NCBI GenBank assembly: GCA_965234725.1
Contig: CBDDUX010000003.1
Location: forward strand, 64,001-128,000
Length of the DNA stretch: 64,000 nucleotides
Direction: 5' to 3'
DNA from: Thermoplasmatota archaeon
GTDB taxonomy: Archaea; Thermoplasmatota; Penumbrarchaeia; Penumbrarchaeales; Penumbrarchaeaceae
Shown here: in pieces, positions 62,396 to 64,000 of the stretch
Numbering within the stretch: the first letter of the stretch is position 1
Layout: the number at the start of each line of letters is the position of its first letter
Position numbers and translations under genes: made by a program
The notes under the pieces: model-generated
Database searches by the model: none
The model's input: the letters and a program-made list of their open reading frames with translations, nothing else
Told to the model about the DNA's origin: nothing

Positions 62396-63991
62396 ATGGT
62401 CGATGGTGATATATGGGGGGGTATACCTCCAGTTGGGAAAGGCAAAATCACCAATAAATGGTCCTTCCTTTTGATCCTGCTGACCGTGATCCTGTTCGAA
62501 TGGGTTCTCTGGGCTACGTATCGTTATTTATCCCTCCCCATAATCGAGAGTGCTTTTACCAGACTGGGATTCTTTTTTCATATATTTGCCGCACCAATTA
62601 TTGGACTCACTCCGATCCTTATATACTGGAAATTCGTGGCTCATGAGAAAGGTCCTCCATGGAGGTTCACAAAGAAGAACCTGTTCACTTCCATTACTGT
62701 TGGAGCAACATCAGCGGCCCTCCTAATGTTGGCATATCAAGTTGCCAACTGGTTTGTTCTTGTGATCTCCGGGCAAGCAGAACTTACTTCCGCTGCATTG
62801 ATCTCCCTCTGGAGATCATCCATTGCAAACGGTGATATGGACTGGTTCATACTGATGACATTTACATTTTTCTTCATTGTTGGGCCGGTAGAGGAACTTC
62901 AATATCGGTCATTTCTCCAAGATCAGATAAGCAGGGCATTCACACCCGCAACAGGTCTACTGCTTGCATCAGCAATGTTCGCACTTTCGCATCTCCCCAT
63001 TTACATCTTGATTTACAGACTCGAACCCATACAGGTCATGTTGACCTTATGCTGGACTTTCACAATGGGATCCGTCCTCGGACTTTTCTATTTCCAATCA
63101 AGGAATATCATGGGTCCAATAATAATGCATGGATTCTGGGATTGGGTCCTATCGGTCTGGGTCCTTGATGTCAAGGTAAAGGATTCATATTTTGATCTTG
63201 GGCATGCAACTGATGTCCTATGGTTGATCTCTCTGATACCAGTCTCACTTCTGATAGTCTTTTTCATCAATATCATGTATTCTTCTTTCTGGAGAGGTAA
63301 TAGACCTGATAGATCATTCGGGATAGGGCCGATAAGGGGTCTTTCAAAAATTGCTGATAGGATCGGAGCATCACTTGCCAAAATTAGACCCATGAAGATC
63401 TTTAAAGGTTTGGACTCTTCTTCTCTGTCGTTAGGAACAAGGATCACCCGCTCAGTTCTATCTGTAGTAATTATTGCCTTGGTAACAATGCTTCTTTCAG
63501 CCCCTGGAGCTCTGATATTGAATGATGATATTGGTCTCGAAAGGACAGGACCTCCCTTTGATCATGAGGGGCTATCGACTCTTTCATTTTCCCAGGGTCT
63601 CTATGTTCAAGAGGGGGAAACTGTTGAGGTGAACATTCCATTAAATGAAACGTGGTCTCTACTATCGATAAAGGTGACCATATTCTGGATGGATGAGGAT
63701 CCTGTGGGGCCAAGGTTCACCAACCTACCCGATATCTTCTCCTCGATCCTTGAGATCGATATGGAAGAGACTGATCCCCAGGGTCCTTCTGAATCAGGGT
63801 CCCTGATACATTCCTGGGATAGCGTGGAAGGGAACCTTTCCATCAAGGAGGCAAAGGTCCTGATAAAATGCGAATCAGCAGGTGATGAGACCCCAATTGT
63901 TGATCCGATCGGATTGAGAAGGAGAGCGGATGATGGAAATGATGTGACAGTATCCGTTCAGATCGGGTATTATGAGACTGTATATTATTAA
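62396..63991 (+). CDS. CPBP (CAAX/Abi) intramembrane metalloprotease with extra C-terminal extracellular domain
   Basis: EELQYRS, FALSH and HGFWD motifs. Confidence 0.85.
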   Translation: MVDGDIWGGIPPVGKGKITNKWSFLLILLTVILFEWVLWATYRYLSLPIIESAFTRLGFFFHIFAAPIIGLTPILIYWKFVAHEKGPPWRFTKKNLFTSITVGATSAALLMLAYQVANWFVLVISGQAELTSAALISLWRSSIANGDMDWFILMTFTFFFIVGPVEELQYRSFLQDQISRAFTPATGLLLASAMFALSHLPIYILIYRLEPIQVMLTLCWTFTMGSVLGLFYFQSRNIMGPIIMHGFWDWVLSVWVLDVKVKDSYFDLGHATDVLWLISLIPVSLLIVFFINIMYSSFWRGNRPDRSFGIGPIRGLSKIADRIGASLAKIRPMKIFKGLDSSSLSLGTRITRSVLSVVIIALVTMLLSAPGALILNDDIGLERTGPPFDHEGLSTLSFSQGLYVQEGETVEVNIPLNETWSLLSIKVTIFWMDEDPVGPRFTNLPDIFSSILEIDMEETDPQGPSESGSLIHSWDSVEGNLSIKEAKVLIKCESAGDETPIVDPIGLRRRADDGNDVTVSVQIGYYETVYY

Positions 63992-64000
63992 TAAAATAAT

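Overview
Gene-dense archaeal chromosomal segment. Archaeal-type ThrRS, Rpo4, eL21, Pus10, isopentenyl phosphate kinase, IDI-2, SepF and ZPR1 fix the domain. Secreted gingipain- and clostripain-family proteases and large FG-GAP/cadherin surface proteins suggest a peptide-fermenting sediment Thermoplasmatota, which is inference only. No rRNA, tRNA, CRISPR array or transposase was seen. Main points: (1) An 11.7-kb citrate cluster combines ATP-citrate lyase (aclBA) with an acn-citD-citE-citF-idh operon and a divergent duplicated Lrp-like regulator. CitD has Arg in place of the prosthetic-group Ser, and citC/G/X are absent from the window. (2) A ~330-nt intergenic element (43415-43752) is densely base-paired, has G-U wobbles favouring the + strand and carries three AATTGACG motifs in hairpins; it is a candidate unannotated structured RNA. 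(3) Two tandem paralogues encode receiver-hemerythrin proteins with a Cys4 zinc ribbon inserted inside the hemerythrin bundle. (4) A double ribbon-helix-helix gene precedes a diadenylate-cyclase-like gene (RHR changed to RWR), with phased GTCWTAC boxes around the promoter. (5) A DnaA AAA+ protein lacks the DNA-binding domain IV. (6) Also present are a bacterial-type RNase PH, a HerA-like ATPase fusion, a head-rod-tail coiled-coil protein and a possibly frameshifted CBS gene. All family calls come from motif recognition by eye; no searches were run.
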